Positions 35,084 to 44,510 of a DNA stretch of 64,000 nucleotides are shown in pieces. The notes beneath the pieces were generated by a model that saw only the letters and a program-made list of their open reading frames with translations, was not told the origin of the DNA and did no database searches. This DNA is from an uncultured delta proteobacterium (lineage in GTDB: Bacteria; Desulfobacterota; Binatia; Binatales; Binataceae): positions 157,339-221,338 of the forward strand of contig CAVYTJ010000009.1 of the NCBI GenBank assembly GCA_963771325.1, read 5' to 3'. Both the position numbers and the translations under genes were made by a program. Numbering within the stretch: the stretch's first letter is position 1; each line of letters starts with the position of its first letter.

Positions 35084-36600
35084 AGTTTGATTCGCCGCCC
35101 GTCGCGCACCAGGTAGTTCGCGCCGGTCTTGCCCGCACCCCCGCCGGCAAGCCCCCACGGCTCAGTGATACGCCGGTCGGTCAGCAGGCTCAGTGTTGCG
35201 GGCACCAGGCACTCGAGCTCGCGAATCAGCCCGTCGCCGCCGGCAGCCGCGCCGCGGCCGCCGGAGCCGCGACGAATGCGGTACTCGGTGATGCGCATCG
35301 GGTAGTACGCCTCCAGCGCTTCGATCGGTGTGTTGAGCGTGTTGGTCATGTGGGTATGGAGGCCGGCGGCGCCGGGATGGCCGGGGGCCGCACCGGCGCC
35401 GCCGGCGATCGTTTCGTAGTACGAGAAATGCCGCGCGCGGATCGAGTCGTAGCCGCCCAGCGTCATGTTCGACATCGAGCCCGAACTCGCCGCCGGGATG
35501 CGGTCGGGCGCGGCGGCGGCGAGCGCGCGCAGCAGCACGTCGACGATCCGCTGCGAGGTCTCGACGTTGCCGCCCGCCACCGCGGCCGGCGCCAGCGCGT
35601 TGACGATCGAGCCGGGCGGTGCGATCACCCGAATCGGCCGCATCAGCCCCTCGTTGGCCGGCACCGCTTCCGCCGCCAGGCATTTCATCACGTAAAAGGT
35701 CGCCGACAACGTGATCGCATAGTTGGCGTTCACCGAGCCGCGTACCTGCGGCGCGGAGCCGGTGAAATCGACGATCGCGCGCCCGCCGCCGATCCGAATC
35801 GCAACCCGGATTTCGATCGGCCCGGTACCGACGCCGTCGTCGTCAAGGTAATCGACGGCGCGGTACAGGCCCGGCCGCAAACGGCGCAGCGTCGCGCGCA
35901 TCAGGCGGTCCGCGTAATCCTTGAGCGCCGCCATCGCGGCGGCCACCTGCGCCCGCCCGCTCGCCGCCACCAGCCCGCGCAAGCGCTCGGCGCCGACATT
36001 GAGCGCCGCGATTTGCGCGCGCAGATCGCCTTCGCGTTCCTCGCGCACTCGCGTATTGGCGAAGAACAGCTCCAGCACGTCGCGCGCCGGCTTGCCCGCG
36101 CGCACGAGATGGACCGGCGGCAGGCGAAAACCCTCCTGGTAAATCTCGGTCGAGAGCGCCATCGAGCCCGGCGCCATCCCGCCGATATCGGCGTGATGGG
36201 CGCGGTTGGCGGCGAACGCGAACGGGCGGCGCTCGTTGCCAAGAAAGATCGGAGCGACCAGGGTGAGGTCCGGCAGATGCGTTCCGCCGGCAAACGGATC
36301 GTTGACCGCGGCGACGTCGCCCGGGCCAAGCTCCAGCCGTTCGATCGCGGCGCGCACGGAAAGCGGCGTCGAGCCGAGATGGACCGGGATATGGGCGGCT
36401 TGCGCGACCAGTTCGCCGCCGCCGTCGAACAGCGCGCACGAAAAATCGTGGCGCTCCTTGATGTTGGGCGAGAAGCCGGTCTGACCTAGCACGACGCCCA
36501 TCTCCTCGGCGATCGCGGCCAGGCGATTGTTCATCACCGCAAGCGTGACAGGGTCGAGCTTCATCGCAGGTCGCTGGTTGGCGCGCTTCATATTGGTCAC
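34975..36600 (-). CDS. hyuB: Hydantoinase B / 5-oxoprolinase family protein (HyuB)
   Basis: 541 aa; typical HyuB motifs (DPVTLAV..N.L..IAEEMG, HIPVHLGS, DGGTH). 4-nt overlap with hyuA. Confidence 0.9.
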   Translation of the reverse strand: MTNMKRANQRPAMKLDPVTLAVMNNRLAAIAEEMGVVLGQTGFSPNIKERHDFSCALFDGGGELVAQAAHIPVHLGSTPLSVRAAIERLELGPGDVAAVNDPFAGGTHLPDLTLVAPIFLGNERRPFAFAANRAHHADIGGMAPGSMALSTEIYQEGFRLPPVHLVRAGKPARDVLELFFANTRVREEREGDLRAQIAALNVGAERLRGLVAASGRAQVAAAMAALKDYADRLMRATLRRLRPGLYRAVDYLDDDGVGTGPIEIRVAIRIGGGRAIVDFTGSAPQVRGSVNANYAITLSATFYVMKCLAAEAVPANEGLMRPIRVIAPPGSIVNALAPAAVAGGNVETSQRIVDVLLRALAAAAPDRIPAASSGSMSNMTLGGYDSIRARHFSYYETIAGGAGAAPGHPGAAGLHTHMTNTLNTPIEALEAYYPMRITEYRIRRGSGGRGAAAGGDGLIRELECLVPATLSLLTDRRITEPWGLAGGGAGKTGANYLVRDGRRIKLPGKANERLVAGERVRIETPGGGGWGRAARGPIRPR

Positions 36601-38633
36601 AACTCCAGGTGCAGGTTGCCGAAGCCGTCGGCGCGCAGTGTGAACTCGGGCGCGACGTAAGCGGTGGCGCTTAGTTCGACCACGATCGCCGGGCCGCGAA
36701 TCCTTGCGCCCGCGCCGATCGCGTCGCGCGCGTAAACCGGCACGGTGCGCGTGCGTCCACCGGCCGCGCGTCCACCGGTCGCGCGTTCACTGGTAATGAC
36801 CTGGATACGGCGCACGGGCGACGGCGAGGTCCGCCCACGCGCGCGCGCAAGGCGCTCGGGTGCAGCGACGGCGCCGGGCGCAGTCGCGCGCAGGCGCAAG
36901 TTGACGACTTCGACCGCGGCCTCGGGCGCGGCGTGGCCGAAGATGCGGCGATGGGCCGCGTGGAACTCCGCGGCGAAGTGCGGAGTTAGCCGCACCTCGA
37001 TCTCGTAGGATTGGCCGCGGTAACGCACGTCGGCAAAAAGCTCGACGCGGAGTTGCACGCGGCGCGCGCCCTCGGCGGCGAGTTCGCGCCGCGCGCGGGC
37101 GACCATCGGGGCCGCGCGCGCGGCGAGGCGGCGGGCAAGCTGAAGGTAGTTGGGCGAGCTCTCGCGCACGGTGAGCGAGTATTCGCGTCCCAGCGGCGCC
37201 TGCAACGCGCCCCACGCGCAGAGCAATCCCGGATTGCGTGGCAGCACGATATGGCGGATGCCGAGGTCGAGCGCCAGTTCGCAGGCGTGCATCGGGCCCG
37301 CCCCGCCAAACGCCATCAGCGCGAAATCGCGCGGGTCGAAGCCGCGCTCGACGGTGATGACGCGCACCGCGCGCTCCATGTTGGCGTTGACGACGCGGAT
37401 AACGCCGCTGGCCGCGCCGATCGCGTCGGTGCGCATCGCACGGCCGAGCGCGGCGATCGCTTTGGCGGCGCGCGCGGGATAAAGGCGCATCGCGCCGCCC
37501 AAAAAATTCTCGGCCACCAGCCGCCCGGCGACCAGGTTGGCGTCGGTGACGGTCGGCGCCGCGCCGCGTCCATAGCAGGCCGGTCCCGGATCGGCGCCGG
37601 CGCTTTCGGGGCCGACCTTGAGCGAGCCGCCGGCGTCGACCGCCGCGATCGAGCCGCCGCCCGCGCCGACGGTGTGGATGTCGATGACCGGAGTGCGGAC
37701 GGCGTAGCCACCGGGATAGCTGAGCGTGCGAATTGCGGCGCGTCCGTCGAACAGGGACACGTCGGTCGAGGTGCCGCCCATGTCGAACGTGATGAAGCGA
37801 TCGACGCCGGTAGCGCGCACCAGCGCGGCCGCGCCGATCACGCCGGCGGCGGGGCCGGAAAGGATCGTGCGGACCGGTTCGTCGCGCGCGAGACGCGCGC
37901 CGATCGCGCTGCCGTTGGATTGCATCACGCGCAGGCGCGCCGCCCGCAGATCGCGCTCCAGCCGGCCGAGATGCGAGGACATCCGCGGCGCCACGTACGC
38001 GTTGACCACCGTGGTCGAGAGCCGCTCGAACTCGCGGTACTCGGCGAGGATGCGATGCGACACCGAAAGGGGCAGGCCAAGCGGGGTGAGCGCGCGCGCA
38101 AGCCGCCGCTCGCTCGCCGGGTTGGCGTAGGAATGGAGCAGGCAAATCGCAATCGAGTCGGCGCGGCTTGAGGCGGCGGCACGCCGTACGCGATTCAGTT
38201 CCGCGGCGGTGAGGCCGAGCGCCACCTTGCCGTCGAAGTAGGTCCGCTCGGCGACGCCCAGGCGCATCGTGCGCGCGACCAACGGCTCCGGGCGCTCGGG
38301 CGCGAGCGCATAGAGATCGCTGCGGTTCTGGCGTCCGATCTCGACCACGTCCTCGAAGCCCGCGTTTGTCAGCAGCAGGACGCGCGCGCCCTTGCGCTCG
38401 AGCAGCGCATTGGTCGCCACGGTCGAGCTGTAAGTGACCAGATCGGGGAGCAGGCCTCGATTCGGGCCGTGGAGCACGCCTTCAAGCATCGCTTTAAGTC
38501 CAGTGATAACCGCGCGCGCCGGATCGTCGGGCGTCGAGATCACCTTATGCACGAGCAGGCGCCCGCTGGCGATCGCGACCAGGTCGGTAAACGTGCCGCC
38601 GGTATCGATTCCGATGATGACGCTCGTGGCCAT
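36597..38633 (-). CDS. hyuA: Hydantoinase A / N-methylhydantoinase A / 5-oxoprolinase family protein (HyuA)
   Basis: Start MATSVIIGIDTGGTFTDLV at complement 38631-38633; the longer listed ORF to 38933 is rejected. ASKHA-fold ATPase motifs. Confidence 0.9.
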   Translation of the reverse strand: MATSVIIGIDTGGTFTDLVAIASGRLLVHKVISTPDDPARAVITGLKAMLEGVLHGPNRGLLPDLVTYSSTVATNALLERKGARVLLLTNAGFEDVVEIGRQNRSDLYALAPERPEPLVARTMRLGVAERTYFDGKVALGLTAAELNRVRRAAASSRADSIAICLLHSYANPASERRLARALTPLGLPLSVSHRILAEYREFERLSTTVVNAYVAPRMSSHLGRLERDLRAARLRVMQSNGSAIGARLARDEPVRTILSGPAAGVIGAAALVRATGVDRFITFDMGGTSTDVSLFDGRAAIRTLSYPGGYAVRTPVIDIHTVGAGGGSIAAVDAGGSLKVGPESAGADPGPACYGRGAAPTVTDANLVAGRLVAENFLGGAMRLYPARAAKAIAALGRAMRTDAIGAASGVIRVVNANMERAVRVITVERGFDPRDFALMAFGGAGPMHACELALDLGIRHIVLPRNPGLLCAWGALQAPLGREYSLTVRESSPNYLQLARRLAARAAPMVARARRELAAEGARRVQLRVELFADVRYRGQSYEIEVRLTPHFAAEFHAAHRRIFGHAAPEAAVEVVNLRLRATAPGAVAAPERLARARGRTSPSPVRRIQVITSERATGGRAAGGRTRTVPVYARDAIGAGARIRGPAIVVELSATAYVAPEFTLRADGFGNLHLEL

Positions 38634-39581
38634 CAGGGTTTGAGCAATACCTTGAAGTTTGGTGAGCGGGCGGCGGCCGCGAACGCGGCGGGCGCGTCGT
38701 CGAGCGGGAAGATGCTCGAGACCAGCGGGAGCGGATTGACCTTTCCCGAGGCGAGCGCCGCGATCGCCGGCGCGAACCGGCCGCATCGCGAGCCCACGAT
38801 CGTGACTTCGTTGACTACCGCCTGGGCCAGGTTGAGCGCGGCGCCAGCGGCCGCCGTGCTCTTGAGAATCACCTTGCCGCGTGGACGCACCAGCGCGAGC
38901 GCCCGGTTGAGCCCAGCGCTGTTCCCCGTGCAATCGATCACCACGTCGAAGCCGGGATCGAGCCGCTCTTCAAGTCTTACTTCAATTCCGAAGGTGGCCA
39001 GACGATCGAGCTTTTCGCGATGGCGTCCGGCAAGCACCGGCGCGTAGTCCTCAGCGCGGAGCACGATCGCGGCGAGCGCACCGAGCCGTCCATCGCCCAG
39101 GACCGCGATTTTGTGGTCGCGCCGCAATTTGGTTTGCTCGAAGATTTCATAGATTGCCGCGACCGGCTCGACAAAGACGCCAAGCTCGTCGGATATCGAG
39201 TCGGGCAGAGCGATCAGGTTTTCATCGGGCAGGCGGAGAAACTCGGCGAATGCGCCGTCGCGGCCTACGATCCCGAGCAACGGTGCGATTGGGGCAATGG
39301 CGTCCCAGGCCATCGAGGCACCAGGGGCATCGCCCGCACGCCGCGTTGATTTCGCCCACCACGCGCCGCCCGGCGAGCGCGCCGGTTTTGGTGTCGACGA
39401 CTTCGCCGACGAACTCATGGCCCGGCACGCCGCGATAGGACATGTACCCGCGCGCCAACTCGAGGTCGGTGCCGCATATCCCAGCCATCCGCACGCGCAC
39501 GATACTCTCGCCCGGCGTGGGCGCCGGATCGGGATAGTCGTCGCGCACAATCAGTTCGGGATCGAGCACCAGGGCGCGCAT
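38633..39581 (-). CDS. Zn-dependent medium-chain alcohol dehydrogenase (MDR family) with a +1 frameshift at about 39272-39284; pseudogene or sequencing indel
   Basis: N-terminus (39222..39581) carries GICGTDLELARG, GHEFVGEVV and structural-Zn CGRCPWCLDGLGRHC. Remainder (38633..about 39300) is in another frame (LGIVGRDGAFAEF...GDGRLGALAAIVL). One extra base in accgttGctcggg. Stop overlaps the hyuA start. Confidence 0.7.
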
Positions 39582-40046
39582 CGGTCCGATTCAAACAGAA
39601 AAAACGTCAGATGCGCTACTGGAGCGGATGAGGTATTTGCGGCGCGGGAACTTAATTTGCTGCCGGAACTTATTTGTGGCCGGAATCTGGCCGGCGCGAG
39701 GCAGGCTTCAGCAAGCCGTCAACGAACCAAAGCGCGATCACACTCAGAAGGACCGCGATCCATAGACGGATTGAAGCGCGAGGGGCGGGAGGAGATTTCT
39801 TTTCGTCGTCCACAAAAACACCATCTGGCTGGGCCAGCGCGAGCGCGATTTAAAGGGAGCATAACGCGTACCAGCCAACGAATGAGTCAAAAAGGCCGGT
39901 TTTTTGCGAGAACCCATCGCAAGGCGTTGCGGAAGTGCAACTCACTATGGAAAGGCCGCAAAAGCATCTCGCGGCCATGGCCTCGCCGGCATTTCGGTCG
40001 CGTTCGGTCGCGAACTATTGGACGTGTTTGGCGAGCGCGCGCGAAA

Positions 40047-40448
40047 TCAGTCGGAAGATTTGGTTTTCGTGCTCTTTTCCGAGGAGGATGAGCCGCTGCT
40101 CTTGTCCGACGAGCCGCTCTTGTCCGACGAGCCGCTCTTGTCTGACGAGCCCGCCTTGTCTGACGAGCCCACCGCCGCGCTCGAGGAGCCGTTGGTGCCA
40201 TTGCTCGCGGATTCGGCGGCCGGCTTACTGTCGGATTTCTCGCTCGACCCGTCAGTGCCTTTGGCGCTGCCCGAGCGGGCGTAATCGGTCGCGTACCATC
40301 CCGAGCCCTTGAGCACGAACGAAGTCGCCGAGATCATCCGCTCGACTTTGCTCTTGCAGGTCGGGCAGCGCTTGAGCGCCGGCTCAGTGATGCGCTGCGT
40401 CGTCTCGAAGGTTCCGCATTTGGGGCAACGATACTCGTAGATGGGCAT
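40047..40448 (-). CDS. FmdB-family zinc-ribbon putative regulatory protein with a Ser/Asp/Lys-rich repetitive tail
   Basis: MPIYEYRCPKCGTFE...CPTC. Tail (SSDKSG)n is encoded by 18-bp tandem repeats at 40091-40168. Confidence 0.75.
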   Translation of the reverse strand: MPIYEYRCPKCGTFETTQRITEPALKRCPTCKSKVERMISATSFVLKGSGWYATDYARSGSAKGTDGSSEKSDSKPAAESASNGTNGSSSAAVGSSDKAGSSDKSGSSDKSGSSDKSSGSSSSEKSTKTKSSD

Positions 40449-40691
40449 TTCAGTAGATGGAATTGGCTCGTGACGGCTCTTAACTTTAGGTAAGCACGCC
40501 GGTCCGCCTTGTCAATCGGATGTTCCCGCAGATGTTCCCGCGTGATATTGCCCAGGCAGATATTCTCCAGGTGCCACCGGTCCGCGATTTGCCCGGATTA
40601 ATCACACTTTTATCTTCCCAGAATCAAGCTCGCGACGCCATCGGTCGACTGTGACGCGATTCGTTCGCGACCGTGACGCGATTCGAGAACC

Positions 40692-41009
40692 CTACGAGCC
40701 GTAGATCGCCGCGGGCGACATCATGGCCTGCAAAAGGGACATGATCAGCACGCGCTGAACGAATTGAATTACGATGATGACGACTATTGGCGAAAGATCG
40801 AGGCCGCCAAAGTATACCGGCAGATGCTCGCGAACCCAATCGAAAACCGGCTCGGTCATCGCGTAGAGCGTGCGCACGATGGGGTTATACGGGTCCGGCT
40901 GGACCCAGCTCAGCAGCACCGCGATGACGACGATCCAGAAATAGATTTGAAGCAGACCGGATAGCGTCTGGGCTGCAAACACGATCGTGTTTACGAGGAT
41001 AGGGGGCAT
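40692..41009 (-). CDS. yggT: YggT family membrane protein
   Basis: 105 aa, 2 TM helices; YggT/Ycf19 pattern. Confidence 0.85.
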   Translation of the reverse strand: MPPILVNTIVFAAQTLSGLLQIYFWIVVIAVLLSWVQPDPYNPIVRTLYAMTEPVFDWVREHLPVYFGGLDLSPIVVIIVIQFVQRVLIMSLLQAMMSPAAIYGS

Positions 41010-41031
41010 GGTCGATGACTCTCCGGGCGGC

Positions 41032-41892
41032 CTAGCTCACGCGTCCGAGTTGGCGCGAGCGCTCGGCCGCTGCATGTATGGCACGGGCAACGATATCAGA
41101 AAAGCCGTCGGCGCCTAATTGTTTCAGCGCGGCTTCGGTGGTGCCGCCGGGCGACGCGACGATCCGAATCAACTCCGCGGCCGTCATCGGCGAGCGGCGC
41201 ATGTTCTCCTCCGCGCCGCGAATCGTCTTGAGCGCCATCCGAAGCGCGAGCTCGGGCGGCAAACCCAGGGCTGCTGCGGCGTCGGCGAGCGCCTTGGCGA
41301 ACAGGTAGACGTACGCCGGACCACTGCCCGAAAGTGCGGTCACCGTGTCGAGCAGTGCCTCGTCCTTCAGCGCCACCGCGTCGCCGACGGCGCGGAAAAT
41401 CTTAAGGGCGAAAGCCTCGTCGGCGCGAGTCGCGTTGCGTCCGCGCACCAGCGCCGCCATCCCCTGACCAACCATCGCGGGCGCGTTCGGCATCACGCGG
41501 ATAACGTGCGCGTGGCCACCCAGCGCGCCTTCCAGGCGGCCCAAGGTGACTCCGGCCGCGATCGACACGAAGAGCTTCGCGCCGAGCCCGCCTTTGCGCG
41601 ACGCACCGTTGCCCTCGCCGCCGCCGCCGGCGCGGGCAAGCTCGGTCAGCACCGCGTCTATCGTTTGTGGCTTCACGGCGAAGAGCACGGCGCGCGAGGA
41701 ATTCAGGACCTTGAGATTATCGGTCGTAACTTCGATCTTGAGCGCGCCCTTGAACTTGCGCCGACGCGCGGCGTCGACGTCGGAGGCGATCAGTTCGGAC
41801 GCTTTGAAGACCTTGTTTTCGACCAGGCCGCGCGCCAGCGCCTCGGCCATGTTGCCCGCGCCGATAAAGCCCAGCTTCTTTTTCACGTTCAT
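41032..41892 (-). CDS. proC: Pyrroline-5-carboxylate reductase
   Basis: FIGAGNMAEALARGL Rossmann N-terminus; C-terminal P5CR dimerisation domain (ASPGGTTEAAL). Confidence 0.9.
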   Translation of the reverse strand: MNVKKKLGFIGAGNMAEALARGLVENKVFKASELIASDVDAARRRKFKGALKIEVTTDNLKVLNSSRAVLFAVKPQTIDAVLTELARAGGGGEGNGASRKGGLGAKLFVSIAAGVTLGRLEGALGGHAHVIRVMPNAPAMVGQGMAALVRGRNATRADEAFALKIFRAVGDAVALKDEALLDTVTALSGSGPAYVYLFAKALADAAAALGLPPELALRMALKTIRGAEENMRRSPMTAAELIRIVASPGGTTEAALKQLGADGFSDIVARAIHAAAERSRQLGRVS

Positions 41893-42578
41893 CAGGTACG
41901 CTCGCCGAAAATCGCGCGGCCCACCCGCACGATCGTCGCGCCTTCTTCGATCGCCACGTCGAAATCGCCGGTCATTCCCATGGAAAGCTCGCTTAGCGCA
42001 AGGCCGGTCGCCGCCGCAAGCCGATCGCGCATCGCGCGCAGTCCGGCGAAGTGGCCTCGCGAGCGCTCCGGGTCATTGTCCGGTGGCGGAATCGTCATCA
42101 GGCCGAGGATTTCCACCGTCGCGCGCGCGGCCTCGAGCAGCCGCTCGACTTCAGCGGGGGCCACGCCGCTCTTGGACGCTTCGCCGGCGGCGTTGACCTC
42201 GATCAGCACCGGCACGCGCGGCGCGGGACGCGCGCGTCCGAGCGCGGCGGCCAGGCGCGCGGAGTCGAGACTATGAATCAGCGCGAAGCGGTCCGCGGCG
42301 TCGCGCGCCTTGTTGGTCTGCAGATGGCCGATCAGATGCCAGCGGAGATCGTTCAGATCGGCCAGCGCATCCTGTTTCGCCGCCGCCTCCTGCACGTAGT
42401 TCTCGCCGAACTCGCGCGCGCCGGCGGCGTAGGCGGCGCGAATCGCCTCGGGCGGCTGCGTCTTGCTCGCAAGGACGAGCCTGACCGTGGCCGGGTCGCG
42501 TTTTGCGCGACCCGCGGCGCGCGCGATCCGTTCGCGCACGGCCGTCAACCGCGCGGCGATTTCATCATGTGTGAGCAT
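41892..42578 (-). CDS. yggS: YggS-family pyridoxal-phosphate homeostasis protein
   Basis: 228 aa alanine-racemase-N-like fold; LIGHLQTNKA motif. Directly abuts proC. Confidence 0.9.
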   Translation of the reverse strand: MLTHDEIAARLTAVRERIARAAGRAKRDPATVRLVLASKTQPPEAIRAAYAAGAREFGENYVQEAAAKQDALADLNDLRWHLIGHLQTNKARDAADRFALIHSLDSARLAAALGRARPAPRVPVLIEVNAAGEASKSGVAPAEVERLLEAARATVEILGLMTIPPPDNDPERSRGHFAGLRAMRDRLAAATGLALSELSMGMTGDFDVAIEEGATIVRVGRAIFGERT

Positions 42579-42622
42579 ATGGGGTGAGCATCGGGCTTGA
42601 GTCTCGGCATCCGGCCGGCAAA

Positions 42623-43213
42623 TCAGCGCTCGCCGTCGCGCGATACGCTCGTATGGCGCCGCAGCGCCGCTAGCACTTCGCCAACCGGCAGGCCCATCAC
42701 GTTGTCGCGCTCGCCCTCGACTTCCACCACCAGGCCCGCGCCCTCGGCCTGGATACCATACGCGCCCGCCTTGTCCATCGGTTCGCCGGTGCGGATATAG
42801 GCGTCGATTTCGTCGTCGCCAAGCTCGCGGAAACGGACCCGGCTGATGACGGCGCGGCTTTCGGCCACGCGCCCGTCGCGGGCCAGCGCAAAGGCGGTCA
42901 CTACGACGTGGAAGCGGCCGGAGAGCGTGCGCAGCATGCGATGCGCGTCGGCGTGGTCGTGGGGCTTGCCGAGAATTTCACCGCCGCATTCGACGATCGT
43001 GTCCGCGCCCAGCACCAGTGCGCCGTCGGCGCGCCGCGATACCGCGAGCGCCTTTTCTTCGGCCATCCGGAGCGCGAACTCCGCCGCAGGTTCGCCGGCG
43101 TGGCGTTCTTCCTCGACGCCGCTTTCGCCAAGCTCGAACTCGACTCCGGCGGCCGCGAGCAATGCTCTGCGCCGCGGCGAGGTCGAGGCGAGAATCAATC
43201 TGGGAGCGGCCAT
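42623..43213 (-). CDS. maf: Maf-like nucleoside-triphosphate pyrophosphatase
   Basis: LILASTSPRRRALL...GADTIV...KAGAYGIQ; Maf family. Confidence 0.9.
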   Translation of the reverse strand: MAAPRLILASTSPRRRALLAAAGVEFELGESGVEEERHAGEPAAEFALRMAEEKALAVSRRADGALVLGADTIVECGGEILGKPHDHADAHRMLRTLSGRFHVVVTAFALARDGRVAESRAVISRVRFRELGDDEIDAYIRTGEPMDKAGAYGIQAEGAGLVVEVEGERDNVMGLPVGEVLAALRRHTSVSRDGER

Positions 43214-43361
43214 CGATGCAAATCCCTTAGCAAAAAGTCCGTCGGCAAAAGGTTGCAGGAGCGCCGCGGGCGGTGCAAGCGCGCGGCCGAGCGCCGCGCT
43301 GTTGGTCGGACGATGCCGTTGTGCTTAGACTGGCGTTAGATCAGCGCGAGGGCAAAATCCG

Positions 43362-44382
43362 ATGAGCGAACTCGTCCATAAATTCGTCAATACCAACGGC
43401 ATCAGGATGCACGTGGTCGAGGCCGGCAAGGGCTTTCCGGTGGTTTTTTGCCACGGCTTTCCCGAGCTCTGGTACTCGTGGCGCCATCAGCTCCGCGCGC
43501 TCTCCGACGCCGGTTTTCGTGCGATCGCGCCCGACCAGCGCGGCTACGGCGAAACCGATTGTCCGCAACCGGTCGAGGCTTACCAGGTGCGCGAGCTGGT
43601 GAAAGACATCGTCGGGATGCTCGACGCGCTCGAGATCGACAAGTGCGTAATCGTCGGCCACGACTGGGGCGGCTTCGTCAGTTGGCAGAGCGCGATGCGC
43701 GCGCCCGGACGCATCGCACGTGTGATCAATCTCAATACCCCGTTCATGCCGCGATGGCTTCCGTCGACACCGGGCAGCCCCGAGCATCCGAAGATTATCT
43801 GGGTGACCAGTCCGCAACCCGCGCCGACCAAGCCGACCGAGATGGCGCGGAAAAACGCCGCCGGCAATTTCCATTACGTGCTGCACTTCCAGCAGCCCGG
43901 CGTTGCCGAGGCCGAACTCGAACGCGACGTGCGGCGCACGCTGCGTGGTCTTTATCGCGACCCGATGCCGCTTGCGCCGCTCGCGGAACGGCCCGCCGCC
44001 CGGCGTGTTCGGTCCTGCGGGCGGCGGTCTGCTGGATCGCCTGCCCGACGGACCACTCGGCAAATACATGAGTGAGGCCGACCTCGACGTTTACGTGAAG
44101 GCGTTCGAGAAGACCGGCTTTCGCGGCGGACTCAACTGGTACCGCAATATCGACCGCAATTGGGAGGAGTCGGCGAATCTGCCCGACCGGGTCGATCAGC
44201 AGGCGTTGATGATCACCGCCGAACTCGACTTCGTGCTATGGCCCGAGCAGACGCTGGGTATGGAGCGATGGGTTCCCAATCTCAAGCGCGCAAACATCAA
44301 GGGCTCCGGCCATTGGACCCAGCAGGAGAAGCCCGCGGAGGTGAACGCCGCGATGCTGGAGTTTCTGTCTGACCTTAAATAA
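43362..44382 (+). CDS. Alpha/beta-fold epoxide hydrolase with a frameshift at about 43988-44010; pseudogene or sequencing indel
   Basis: N-terminal part (43362..about 44000) carries HGFPELWYSWRHQ and the nucleophile motif GHDWGG. C-terminal part (GGLNWYRN...GHWTQQEKP) is in the other frame (43903..44382). The shift lies in a ccgccgcccggc run. Confidence 0.75.
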
Positions 44383-44510
44383 CCGGCCGCTTCGCGCGAT
44401 GGCGCGGCAGCTTCGCGACTCGCTAATTGTTCCGAGGTATTCTGTATCCTATGTTGCGCGGTCGCGGCGGCCAGATTGAATTGGCACGTGCGTTACGTTA
44501 CCCTACGTTG

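Noticed and set aside
39297-40091. Listed + ORF 264 aa spanning the ADH start and intergenic region
   Set aside because: Antisense to the ADH N-terminus and Arg-rich; no support.
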